DNA of 61,591 bases from a bacterium. GTDB taxonomy: Bacteria > CLD3 > SB21. A program made the position numbers and the translations under genes. Under the pieces are notes generated by a model. The model searched no databases and had not been told where the DNA came from. It saw nothing but the letters and a program-made list of their open reading frames with translations. Where the stretch lies: NCBI GenBank assembly GCA_016787925.1, contig JAEUSK010000243.1, positions 1-61,591 on the forward strand, written 5' to 3'. Shown here piece by piece: positions 24,502-32,389 of this stretch (within the stretch, counting starts at the first letter, position 1; each line of letters begins with the position of its first letter).

Positions 24502-26628
24502 ATGGCAAATTCTATTCGGCAATATCACAAAAAATTATGGATTACGGCGATCGTCCTGTTTTCAGCATTGCTTGGATACATGTTATCTCAGAGCTTCAGT
24601 TTCCAGAATATTGAGCATTCCGGAATTGATTTACTTTTTAAAACCAGGCCAAAGCCGGCAGAAGTTCCTGAAGCCATCGTTGTTATGATCGATGAGAAAT
24701 CGTATGCGGAGGAATTCGGTTATTATGATCCATTGCCTCGCCGTTACATTGCGCGGCTCATAGACACACTTGCGGCCAAAGGTGCAAAAACGATCGCTCT
24801 CGATATTGCTTTTTATGATAAACTGGATATGCTGGACCCCAATGGAGATTCGATATTGGTTAAGTCTATGAGACGCGCCGGCAATGTTATTGCCGTATCA
24901 ATATGGTATCCGCAGGAGGACGGCACATTGAAAAATCAGATGCCGCATCCGTTTTTCATGTCCGGACTAAAGGGAGTCGGTTACGCAAATCTCCAGATCT
25001 ACGGATCTGGTGTGCTGTCCAGTGTGAGAGCGGTTCGACCCGTCCAAAAAATGGGAGATGGGGAAAATATCTTATCTTTTTCTGCGCTCGCCTATTGCGA
25101 AATTATGGACCTTCAAAAAGAGAAATTTGTCGAAGCCGTTGAAAATAGAAAATGGGATATAGTTCCGCCCATACCTCTTGACGGGCAAGGCAATATGATA
25201 ATTAATTATGTCGGGCCGCCGGCGACGTGGATCAAACAACCGAGCGGGGAGTGGACACAGAATAAAGAAGGAACAATTAATACTTACAGAAGCAGCAAAA
25301 TAACCGGCGAAGAGTCAGGCCGGTGGCCGGAGGATTTTCTGAAAGACAAGCTCGTGATAGTTGGAAACGGGTCAGAATTTGCGGTTGACCGGTTCATTAC
25401 TCCGTTTTACAACAATGCACAAAACAACTGGATGTACGGGGCCGAAGTTCACGCAAACGCCTTTCTTACTTTGCTTAACAAACGTTTCCTTGAAAAGAGT
25501 TCACCGACGGTTACTTTCGCAATTGCATTAGTATTCTGTTTTTTAATGGTGTGGGCTACTGTACGATTTGGTTTTATAGGTGAACTTGGCGTTGCGTCCC
25601 TGTTGCTCATATTTACTTGGGGTCTGGGATATTATGCTTTTGCGGAAAAGGGTATTTGGTTTCCTGTCTGGAGCATAACGATCGCCGTCATTTTTGCATA
25701 TTTTTCCACGTCGATCTACCAGGCGTTTACTGAAGAGAAAAATAAGAAACAGATCAAGAGTATGTTTTCGCGATACGCGCCGCCGGCTTATGTGGATGCC
25801 CTCGTCAAAGATCCTTCCAAACTGGAACTTGGCGGGGAGGAAAAGGAGATTAGTATTCTTTTTTCAGATATTGAAGGTTTTACGACTATTTCTGAGTCAT
25901 TATCGCCAAGAAAATTGATAGAAATGCTTAATGATTATTTGAATACCATGACGCATCTGATTTTCAATCAGGGCGGCAGTCTGGACAAATATATTGGCGA
26001 CGCTATAGTGGCCGTTTTTGGAGCGCCATTACCTCAGAATGAACATGCACTGCACGCCTGCTATGCAGCTCTGGATATGCAGAAAGCGCTGATTGAATTT
26101 CGCAAGAGGACCATAGAAATGGGCTTACCGGCAGTACGGAGCCGTGTCGGCATTAATACCGGTAATGTCGTTTTCGGAAACATCGGTTCTGATATCCGCT
26201 ACGATTACACAGGTATCGGGGATCATATGAATCTGGCTTCACGCCTCGAAGGGGCAAATAAAGAATACGGAACCTACATCATGATCAGCGAATTCACATA
26301 TCACCAGGTGCGGGAACGTGTGATTGTCCGTGATCTGGACCTGATCGTTGTCAAGGGAAAGAGTAAACCTGTTAAAGTGTTTGAACTGATAGGAAGAGCA
26401 AATGAACCGTTGCCTGAAGCGACCCGTAAGCTTGTGGAGTTTTACCAGGAAGGGATCATGTTGTACCGTCAGAGGAATTGGAGTGAAGCGATCAGAAAAT
26501 TTGAGCAGGCGCTCACGTATTCTCATACGGACGAACCGTCAAAGCTGTATATAACAAGGTGCAAGGAACTGATTTCTAATCCTCCCGGCGCCGATTGGGA
26601 CGGTTCTTATCATATGACGAGTAAATAA
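24502..26628 (+). CDS. CHASE2-sensor class III adenylate cyclase
   Basis: 708 aa. An N-terminal TM segment and a periplasmic CHASE2-like domain are followed by 3 TM segments. The cyclase domain reads ILFSDIEGFT...DKYIGDAIVAVFG...YDYTGIGDHMNLASRLE. Lys/Asp at the specificity positions suggest ATP. It has a TPR-like tail. Confidence 0.9.
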   Translation: MANSIRQYHKKLWITAIVLFSALLGYMLSQSFSFQNIEHSGIDLLFKTRPKPAEVPEAIVVMIDEKSYAEEFGYYDPLPRRYIARLIDTLAAKGAKTIALDIAFYDKLDMLDPNGDSILVKSMRRAGNVIAVSIWYPQEDGTLKNQMPHPFFMSGLKGVGYANLQIYGSGVLSSVRAVRPVQKMGDGENILSFSALAYCEIMDLQKEKFVEAVENRKWDIVPPIPLDGQGNMIINYVGPPATWIKQPSGEWTQNKEGTINTYRSSKITGEESGRWPEDFLKDKLVIVGNGSEFAVDRFITPFYNNAQNNWMYGAEVHANAFLTLLNKRFLEKSSPTVTFAIALVFCFLMVWATVRFGFIGELGVASLLLIFTWGLGYYAFAEKGIWFPVWSITIAVIFAYFSTSIYQAFTEEKNKKQIKSMFSRYAPPAYVDALVKDPSKLELGGEEKEISILFSDIEGFTTISESLSPRKLIEMLNDYLNTMTHLIFNQGGSLDKYIGDAIVAVFGAPLPQNEHALHACYAALDMQKALIEFRKRTIEMGLPAVRSRVGINTGNVVFGNIGSDIRYDYTGIGDHMNLASRLEGANKEYGTYIMISEFTYHQVRERVIVRDLDLIVVKGKSKPVKVFELIGRANEPLPEATRKLVEFYQEGIMLYRQRNWSEAIRKFEQALTYSHTDEPSKLYITRCKELISNPPGADWDGSYHMTSK

Positions 26629-26763
26629 AAGCTTGTAATTGCCGACATCTTTGAATATTTTTATTTAATTAAAGCAATTTACTTTTGGTTACTCGTGGGC
26701 ATACATAGCATCTAAAATTTGAAAATATGTTATTGCTACTCATAACATAAGGAGAGGTGAGTT

Positions 26764-27723
26764 ATGAAGAATTCGTTTATTAAGATCGTCAGCAAATTGG
26801 CATTGCTTTTCGTATTCTCATTTTCGATTGCCGTCGCTCAAGATGTGGCGTTCTTTTCGAAAGTGAAGGGAAGTGTCAAAATTACCGACGCTAATGGTAA
26901 GGAAAAGAAAGCGACTTCCACGACAAAATTAGCTGACGGCGATAAGGTTTCAACCGGCGCCGACGGCAGCGCTACCATTATGTACTACTCCGGTAAGGAA
27001 GTTGTATTAGCAGCCAAGAAGTATCATACTGTCAAGAAAAAACAAGAAGAAAGTTCCTTCTTATCTGGTCTATATAGCACATTATCAGGACTTGTTTGGG
27101 GACAAGCTTCTGACGCTTCAATGGCAGGAGCTACTCGAGCATGGGCGGGCGATGCCAATCGTATGATTACGGCAACTTATCCATCTGAGACTAAGATCCT
27201 GGAGTCAGAACCTGTATTCAAATGGGCTGACCATCGCAAAGTTGCAGGTAAGAATTTTGTTGTTACGATCAAGAGCGAGATCAGCGATTTTAAATATGAA
27301 ATCAATGTGTCCGGTGTCAACGAAGTTGCTTATCCTAAGGTTGCACCTAAACTGAAAGTAGAAGAAAAATATATTTGGACGGTCAAAGATGCCGCCGGTG
27401 CGGACGTATCTCCCGCCGTTAAGTTTTCACTGCTTGATCCGGGTGAATCTGAGAACATGAATGATGATTTGAAAGAAGTACAGAAAGTTTGCAATAACGA
27501 TATTACGAATCCGCAATGGTATCTATTGACAGCTGCGTTGTATCGCGATTATGGCCTGATGCGTCAAGCTGAAACGGCTATCCAAAGCCTAATTCAATTG
27601 AAGCCGGACATGGCTCAGGCGCGTATCATGCTCGCCACGCTGTATAAGGAAACAGGACGATTGGAAGAAGCTAAACTGGAAGAGGAAGCTGCGCGTAAAT
27701 TAAGTGAAGGCGGAGCGAAGTAG
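26764..27723 (+). CDS. Secreted FecR-like / DUF928-like / TPR protein
   Basis: 319 aa with a strong SD (AAGGAGAGGTGA) and a signal peptide. It has a FecR-like beta region (VKGSVKITDANG...LADGDKVSTGADGSATIMY), a middle PxFxW...YxWxV pattern and a C-terminal TPR. Confidence 0.7.
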   Translation: MKNSFIKIVSKLALLFVFSFSIAVAQDVAFFSKVKGSVKITDANGKEKKATSTTKLADGDKVSTGADGSATIMYYSGKEVVLAAKKYHTVKKKQEESSFLSGLYSTLSGLVWGQASDASMAGATRAWAGDANRMITATYPSETKILESEPVFKWADHRKVAGKNFVVTIKSEISDFKYEINVSGVNEVAYPKVAPKLKVEEKYIWTVKDAAGADVSPAVKFSLLDPGESENMNDDLKEVQKVCNNDITNPQWYLLTAALYRDYGLMRQAETAIQSLIQLKPDMAQARIMLATLYKETGRLEEAKLEEEAARKLSEGGAK

Positions 27724-27745
27724 ACCTGTAGAAATAACTCATTTG

Positions 27746-27777
27746 AAAAGCGATGATGTAAATATCATCGCTTTTTT
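27746..27777. terminator. Bidirectional intrinsic terminator between convergent genes
   Basis: Stem agcgatgat (27749-27757) pairs with atcatcgct (27764-27772) across a 6-nt loop. It is flanked by A4 on the left and T6 on the right. Confidence 0.75.
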
Positions 27778-28963
27778 ATTTTATATCGTTCAAAATAAAT
27801 TGGGCAATTTCATCTGTGACTAAATCATGGCGGCGGCGCGTATGGACGTTAGAAAATTCCGTCAACTGTATTATCATATTTGCTCTATATTTACTATCGG
27901 TCATTATACGGTGCATTTCAACAGCGATGGGAGAGGGTTTGGCCTGATACTGAATGAACTCTTTAACGATTTCTTTATCGGATAAAATATTAATAAGGGA
28001 AATATAGCGAATTCGCAGAAGAAATTTGGCAATAAGCCAGGTCAGCCAAGAAGTTTTATAAATGACAATAAATGGTTTCCTGAAGATAGCGATTTCGAGA
28101 TTAACACTTCCGGACTTAGCGAGAATAACATCGGAGCGTTCCATGATCTCATACGAATGTGGGATAAGGCTCAGGGAAAATCTTGCGGGCATATCTGTCC
28201 GTCGAATGATGTCAGAGTATATATCCTCAGAAATCCATTCGCACCGGCTTATTAGAACGGAGATGTTTTTCCTGTGTATGTTCCATGTTTTATCAAATTC
28301 GAGGGTTGCATTGAGCATAATTGGTAAGATTTTAGTAATTTCCTGCAGCCGGCTGCCGGGAAACAAGCCGGCAGTGATATTGCTTTCTTGATTTTCACTT
28401 GAGTTTTGGCCATATTGATCTCGAAAAACTATATCTGTGATTGGGTGCCCGGCGTAAAAACTTTTGATTCCGTTGTGCGTATACAGGTCGTGTTCAAAAG
28501 AAAATAACGGGAAAACGCCATCACATAGTTGTTTGATATTACTGATTCTACTTTTTCTCCAGAGCCACACTTGCGGAGGAACGAAATAGTAGATTCTGGG
28601 GGATGTAAGTCCAAGACGTTTTTTCCGCCGAAAGATCTTCTTGGCGACACTGAGATTAAAATCCGGAAAATCGATTAGAATAAGGCACGCTGCGCCGGAA
28701 TCAAAAATATGATCGACGAGGCGCTTTCGAAGCAATATAAGTTTTGGGATATGAAGCAGAACTTCACTGATACCCATAATTGAAAGTTCGGAGATTGAGT
28801 AGTCAAGCGAAACTCCGGCTTTTTGCATGGCTTCGCCGCCAACGCCGCTTAGGCGGGCTTTCGGGGAGAGTTTAAGAATTGATTTTGCGAGCAGCCCTCC
28901 GTACAGGTCACCGGAGGATTCTCCTGCTAATAGTACGGCGGACAGTTCTGAAATGTTATTCAT
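27776..28963 (-). CDS. lpxB: Lipid-A-disaccharide synthase
   Basis: 395 aa with LLAGESSGDLYG, DFPDFNL and PPQVWLWRKSR motifs collinear with LpxB. Confidence 0.9.
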   Translation of the reverse strand: MNNISELSAVLLAGESSGDLYGGLLAKSILKLSPKARLSGVGGEAMQKAGVSLDYSISELSIMGISEVLLHIPKLILLRKRLVDHIFDSGAACLILIDFPDFNLSVAKKIFRRKKRLGLTSPRIYYFVPPQVWLWRKSRISNIKQLCDGVFPLFSFEHDLYTHNGIKSFYAGHPITDIVFRDQYGQNSSENQESNITAGLFPGSRLQEITKILPIMLNATLEFDKTWNIHRKNISVLISRCEWISEDIYSDIIRRTDMPARFSLSLIPHSYEIMERSDVILAKSGSVNLEIAIFRKPFIVIYKTSWLTWLIAKFLLRIRYISLINILSDKEIVKEFIQYQAKPSPIAVEMHRIMTDSKYRANMIIQLTEFSNVHTRRRHDLVTDEIAQFILNDIK

Positions 28964-29019
28964 AAATAAAAGTTGTGTTTGTACATGCTATTTAAAGTTA
29001 AACGGATTAAAAATCAACT

Positions 29020-30246
29020 ATGATTGAAAAGGAAATTGAAAATATCTTAAGAGAGTTTGCAGCGGTTGAATACGTCATTAGCGACTCCAAAGCGTTTTTT
29101 GCAAAATTTGAGATACTGCATCTCAATCAGGATATGATGAATCACATTCAAAGTAAACTTGCGCCGTTGGGTTATAAAGCCGTCATATCGAATTTATCGA
29201 CTAAGACAGAAAATGGCGCACATGCCGACATCGTGATACTGAAGATCTTTTCGGCGAATAATGGATACCATGATAATGTGCGTCCATATCAATTTTTGCC
29301 CGAAGCAAAAAGCCGATGGACGTGGCTCAGCCACCCGTCCGTTAATCTTGTGCTTTTCGTATTTACTTTTATTGTTGTGTTTATTACGGGCGCGGCGACT
29401 ATCATCAACAGAGAGATCACGGATGAGTGGAGCTGGATCACGGGATTTCAATTTTCATTTGCCTTGCTTGGAATTCTCAGCGCGCATGAATTCGGTCATT
29501 ATTTCGCGGCTAAGTATCATAAACTGAATGTCACACTTCCGTATTTTCTTCCCGGGATTTTGATTCCTCCAGGTCTTTTTGGTTCTGGTGGAATGACTGT
29601 CTGGCCAGGAACGTTCGGTGCCTTTATTCGAATTAAATCCCCGATCATGAATAGAAAACAGCTTATGGATGTTGGTGTTTCCGGTCCTATTGCCGGATTT
29701 ATAGTTTGTTTATTTGTTCTTATTTACGGATTCATTACAATTCCAGATAAATCATACGCATTCCAATTTTACAAACCTGATGATATTTATACTGGAGTAC
29801 CCTTTTTCCATTTTGGTAATTCGTTATTGTTTAGTTTCCTAGGAAACACGCTTGCCGGCAATAGAATGCCGGAAATGTATGACATCATCCATTATCCATT
29901 TATATTTGCCGGTTGGTTTGGTCTGCTCGTTACTGCGCTGAATTTGCTGCCGATAGGACAACTGGACGGAGGGCACATTACTTATTCTTTGCTCGGCAAA
30001 CGTCAGAAATACGTAGGTTATTTTGCATTTATCGCAATTCTCGTTATGGGATTATTGAATAATAATAACAACTGGCTGATCTGGGCTATCCTCATACTTG
30101 TATTGATCAAGATCAAACACCCGCCGGTAATGAATGACCATGAAGAATTGGACCGAACACGGCAGATCATTGGAATTGTTTCAATTCTCATATTTATCCT
30201 TTGTTTTATACCCGATCCGATATATCTTAAAGGGTATACTAAATAA
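29020..30246 (+). CDS. Site-2 protease (M50) family intramembrane metalloprotease
   Basis: 408 aa with HEFGHYFAAKYH (HExxH) and the downstream LPIGQLDGGH motif. It has multiple TM segments and a soluble N-terminal domain of about 100 aa. Confidence 0.85.
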   Translation: MIEKEIENILREFAAVEYVISDSKAFFAKFEILHLNQDMMNHIQSKLAPLGYKAVISNLSTKTENGAHADIVILKIFSANNGYHDNVRPYQFLPEAKSRWTWLSHPSVNLVLFVFTFIVVFITGAATIINREITDEWSWITGFQFSFALLGILSAHEFGHYFAAKYHKLNVTLPYFLPGILIPPGLFGSGGMTVWPGTFGAFIRIKSPIMNRKQLMDVGVSGPIAGFIVCLFVLIYGFITIPDKSYAFQFYKPDDIYTGVPFFHFGNSLLFSFLGNTLAGNRMPEMYDIIHYPFIFAGWFGLLVTALNLLPIGQLDGGHITYSLLGKRQKYVGYFAFIAILVMGLLNNNNNWLIWAILILVLIKIKHPPVMNDHEELDRTRQIIGIVSILIFILCFIPDPIYLKGYTK

Positions 30247-30276
30247 TCGTCATCCTAGCCTAGAAGGTAATTGTCC

Positions 30277-31116
30277 ATGCGTTATTACACGCGAAATCAA
30301 TCGTCGTTTCAATTTATTGGCGGCGATTATCCTGCGGTAAAAATGCTGCTGATACTTAATTTTATCGCTTATTTGCTTCAATGGTTACTTTCAATCACGG
30401 GCGGGGAGAATTTTGTCTATAATTATCTTGCGCTCTCCCCACGGATTTGGGACGGTCAGATCTGGCAGCTGGTAACATACATGTTTCTGCATGCCGATGT
30501 CTGGCACATCTTGTTTAATATGCTCGCGCTGTGGCTTTTTGGGAAAGAGCTTGAAATGACTTGGGGATCCAATGAATTTCTCAAGTATTATTTCATCTGC
30601 GGAATAGGCGCCGGCCTGACCTTTTTGTTATTTTCCAAAGGCGTGGTTATTGGCGCGTCCGGGGCTGTCTTTGGCTTACTCCTTGCCTTCGGAATGACCT
30701 TTCCAAATCAAATCATTCTCATGAGCCTCATTTTTCCGATCAAGGCGAAATACATGGTCATTATTTATGGAGTCATAACCTTCATGAATATTGCTAATCC
30801 TTCCGGCGATGGAGTTGCACACTTCGCTCATCTCGGCGGTATGGTATTCGGACTTATATATCTAAAAAAAGAGTGGTTCGTATTTAAGGCGAACCGCACA
30901 AAGATGGAAATTAAACCTAAACGAAGCGAGAGCAAGGAATTAAGACCGCTGCCCCCGCGGGAGGATCGCAGCGAGGCGATGAGAAGCAAAGTGGATAGTA
31001 TTTTGGATAAGATCAACGAAGTAGGATACGATCATCTGACGAAAGAAGAAAAAGAGATTCTGTTTGAAGCAAGCCAACACTTATCCAATTCAGACCGGCC
31101 GAATATTAAACACTAG
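30277..31116 (+). CDS. Rhomboid family intramembrane serine protease
   Basis: Catalytic GASGAVFG Ser and AHLGGMVFG His motifs, with a cytoplasmic tail of about 85 aa. An alternative TTG start lies at 30271. Confidence 0.85.
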   Translation: MRYYTRNQSSFQFIGGDYPAVKMLLILNFIAYLLQWLLSITGGENFVYNYLALSPRIWDGQIWQLVTYMFLHADVWHILFNMLALWLFGKELEMTWGSNEFLKYYFICGIGAGLTFLLFSKGVVIGASGAVFGLLLAFGMTFPNQIILMSLIFPIKAKYMVIIYGVITFMNIANPSGDGVAHFAHLGGMVFGLIYLKKEWFVFKANRTKMEIKPKRSESKELRPLPPREDRSEAMRSKVDSILDKINEVGYDHLTKEEKEILFEASQHLSNSDRPNIKH

Positions 31117-31136
31117 AATTTTCCACAAAATTATTT

Positions 31137-31961
31137 ATGACATTTCATCAACGTACGGAAAAAGCACTCGCCCACAGTTCCGTCTGCGTCGGCCTCGATC
31201 CCGACCCTGATCTTATACCGGCAATTCTCAAATCTGAATCAAATCCGGTTTTAGCGTTCAATCGAGCATTAATAGACGCGACTGTCGATGTTGTCGGGGC
31301 CTATAAGCCTAATTTCGCATTTTACGAGGCGATGGGTTCTGCAGGATGGCAAACTCTTACTGATACGGTGAAACACATCCGGTCGCGCTCAGATAAGGTC
31401 ATAATCATCGCGGATGCAAAGCGCGGGGACATCGGGAATACCTCATCTAAATACGCTCAAGCTATCTTGCAGAAAATGGATTTTGATTGCATTACGATCA
31501 ATCCATATATGGGACGTGATTCAGTGGAGCCGTTTATTCAAGACGAAAATAAAGGTGCTTTTGTCCTCTGCCTGACGTCAAATAATGGTTCTGAAAATTT
31601 TCAGCGCCTGGATGTCGGCGGAGTAAAGTCCTATGAAATTGTGGCCGCAAACATACTAAAATGGAATAAGCTGAATAATTGCGGATTGGTCGTTGGGGCA
31701 ACTCACCCGGATGAAATGCTCCGGATTCGAAGTATTTCAGGAAAGATGCCGTTCCTGGTTCCCGGTATTGGCGCGCAGGCTGGCAACCTTGAATCGGTTG
31801 TAAAAGCAAATTGGGATGGAGAAAAAGTCAACGCTTTCATCAATTCCTCCCGCGCCGTAATCTACGCATCAAGTGAACAGGATTTTGCAGAACGCGCACG
31901 GGCAGAGGTCTTGGCCTTAAAACAGGCCATTGAGCTAATCGTGGCAGGTATCAAGAAATAG
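31137..31961 (+). CDS. pyrF: Orotidine-5'-phosphate decarboxylase (type 2)
   Basis: 274 aa with DAKRGDIGNT and GLDP motifs. Confidence 0.9.
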   Translation: MTFHQRTEKALAHSSVCVGLDPDPDLIPAILKSESNPVLAFNRALIDATVDVVGAYKPNFAFYEAMGSAGWQTLTDTVKHIRSRSDKVIIIADAKRGDIGNTSSKYAQAILQKMDFDCITINPYMGRDSVEPFIQDENKGAFVLCLTSNNGSENFQRLDVGGVKSYEIVAANILKWNKLNNCGLVVGATHPDEMLRIRSISGKMPFLVPGIGAQAGNLESVVKANWDGEKVNAFINSSRAVIYASSEQDFAERARAEVLALKQAIELIVAGIKK

Positions 31962-31982
31962 TTGTTCTTACGCAGAATTTGT

Positions 31983-32011
31983 TTGCAAATATTGGGATCA
32001 ACATATATATT
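31983..32011 (+). promoter_or_regulatory. Putative promoter of tRNA-Val
   Basis: TTGCAA (31983-31988), 17 nt, TATATT (32006-32011), ending 16 nt before the tRNA. Confidence 0.5.
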
Positions 32012-32027
32012 TACGCGCATTTTTTAT

Positions 32028-32102
32028 GGGCGCTTAGCTCAGTTGGTTTAGAGCGTCTCGTTTACACCGAGAAGGTCCTTGGTTCGAATCCATGAGCGCC
32101 CA
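32028..32102 (+). tRNA. tRNA-Val (TAC)
   Basis: A 75-nt cloverleaf: acceptor GGGCGCT/AGCGCCC, D arm GCTC/GAGC, anticodon arm TCTCG-TTTACAC-CGAGA, T loop TTCGAAT (one T-T mismatch in the T stem), discriminator A. Confidence 0.87.
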
Positions 32103-32107
32103 CGTAT

Positions 32108-32132
32108 AAAAACCCCGATTTCGGGGTTTTTT
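32108..32132 (+). terminator. Intrinsic terminator after tRNA-Val
   Basis: aaaaaccccg-attt-cggggtttttt hairpin with a U-tract. Confidence 0.7.
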
Positions 32133-32145
32133 GCTAAAAAATCAC

Positions 32146-32174
32146 TTGCAAAACGCGGCAGAATGTAGTATAAT
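32146..32174 (+). promoter_or_regulatory. Putative promoter of tRNA-Asp
   Basis: TTGCAA (32146-32151), 17 nt, TATAAT (32169-32174), ending 14 nt before the tRNA. Confidence 0.55.
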
Positions 32175-32188
32175 GTCGCCTCTTAAAA

Positions 32189-32262
32189 GGGCGCGTAGTT
32201 CAATTGGTTAGAGCACTGCCCTGTCACGGCAGAAGTTGCGAGTTCGAGCCTCGTCGCGCCCG
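32189..32262 (+). tRNA. tRNA-Asp (GTC)
   Basis: A 74-nt cloverleaf: acceptor GGGCGCG/CGCGCCC, D arm GTTC/GAGC, anticodon arm CTGCC-CTGTCAC-GGCAG, T arm GCGAG-TTCGAGC-CTCGT, discriminator G. Confidence 0.9.
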
Positions 32263-32270
32263 CGAAATCT

Positions 32271-32300
32271 AAAAACCCCGATTTTATCGGGGTTTTTCTT
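32271..32300 (+). terminator. Intrinsic terminator after tRNA-Asp
   Basis: aaaaaccccgat-ttt-atcggggttttt hairpin. The stem sequence is nearly identical to the tRNA-Val terminator. Confidence 0.7.
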
Positions 32301-32389
32301 TTAATACGAGGTTTTTAATGGAGGAAGTAATCCGGAGGCAGGTTTCTTCGTTTCATCACGTCCTGCTTATGCAGTGCGGATGTGAACTT

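Noticed and set aside
31962-32389. The tRNA-Val/tRNA-Asp region considered as a possible integration hotspot (genomic island, integrase or att repeats).
   Set aside because: No integrase, no direct repeat of the tRNA 3' ends and no foreign-looking genes flank the tRNAs. The downstream gene is a convergent conserved envelope operon.
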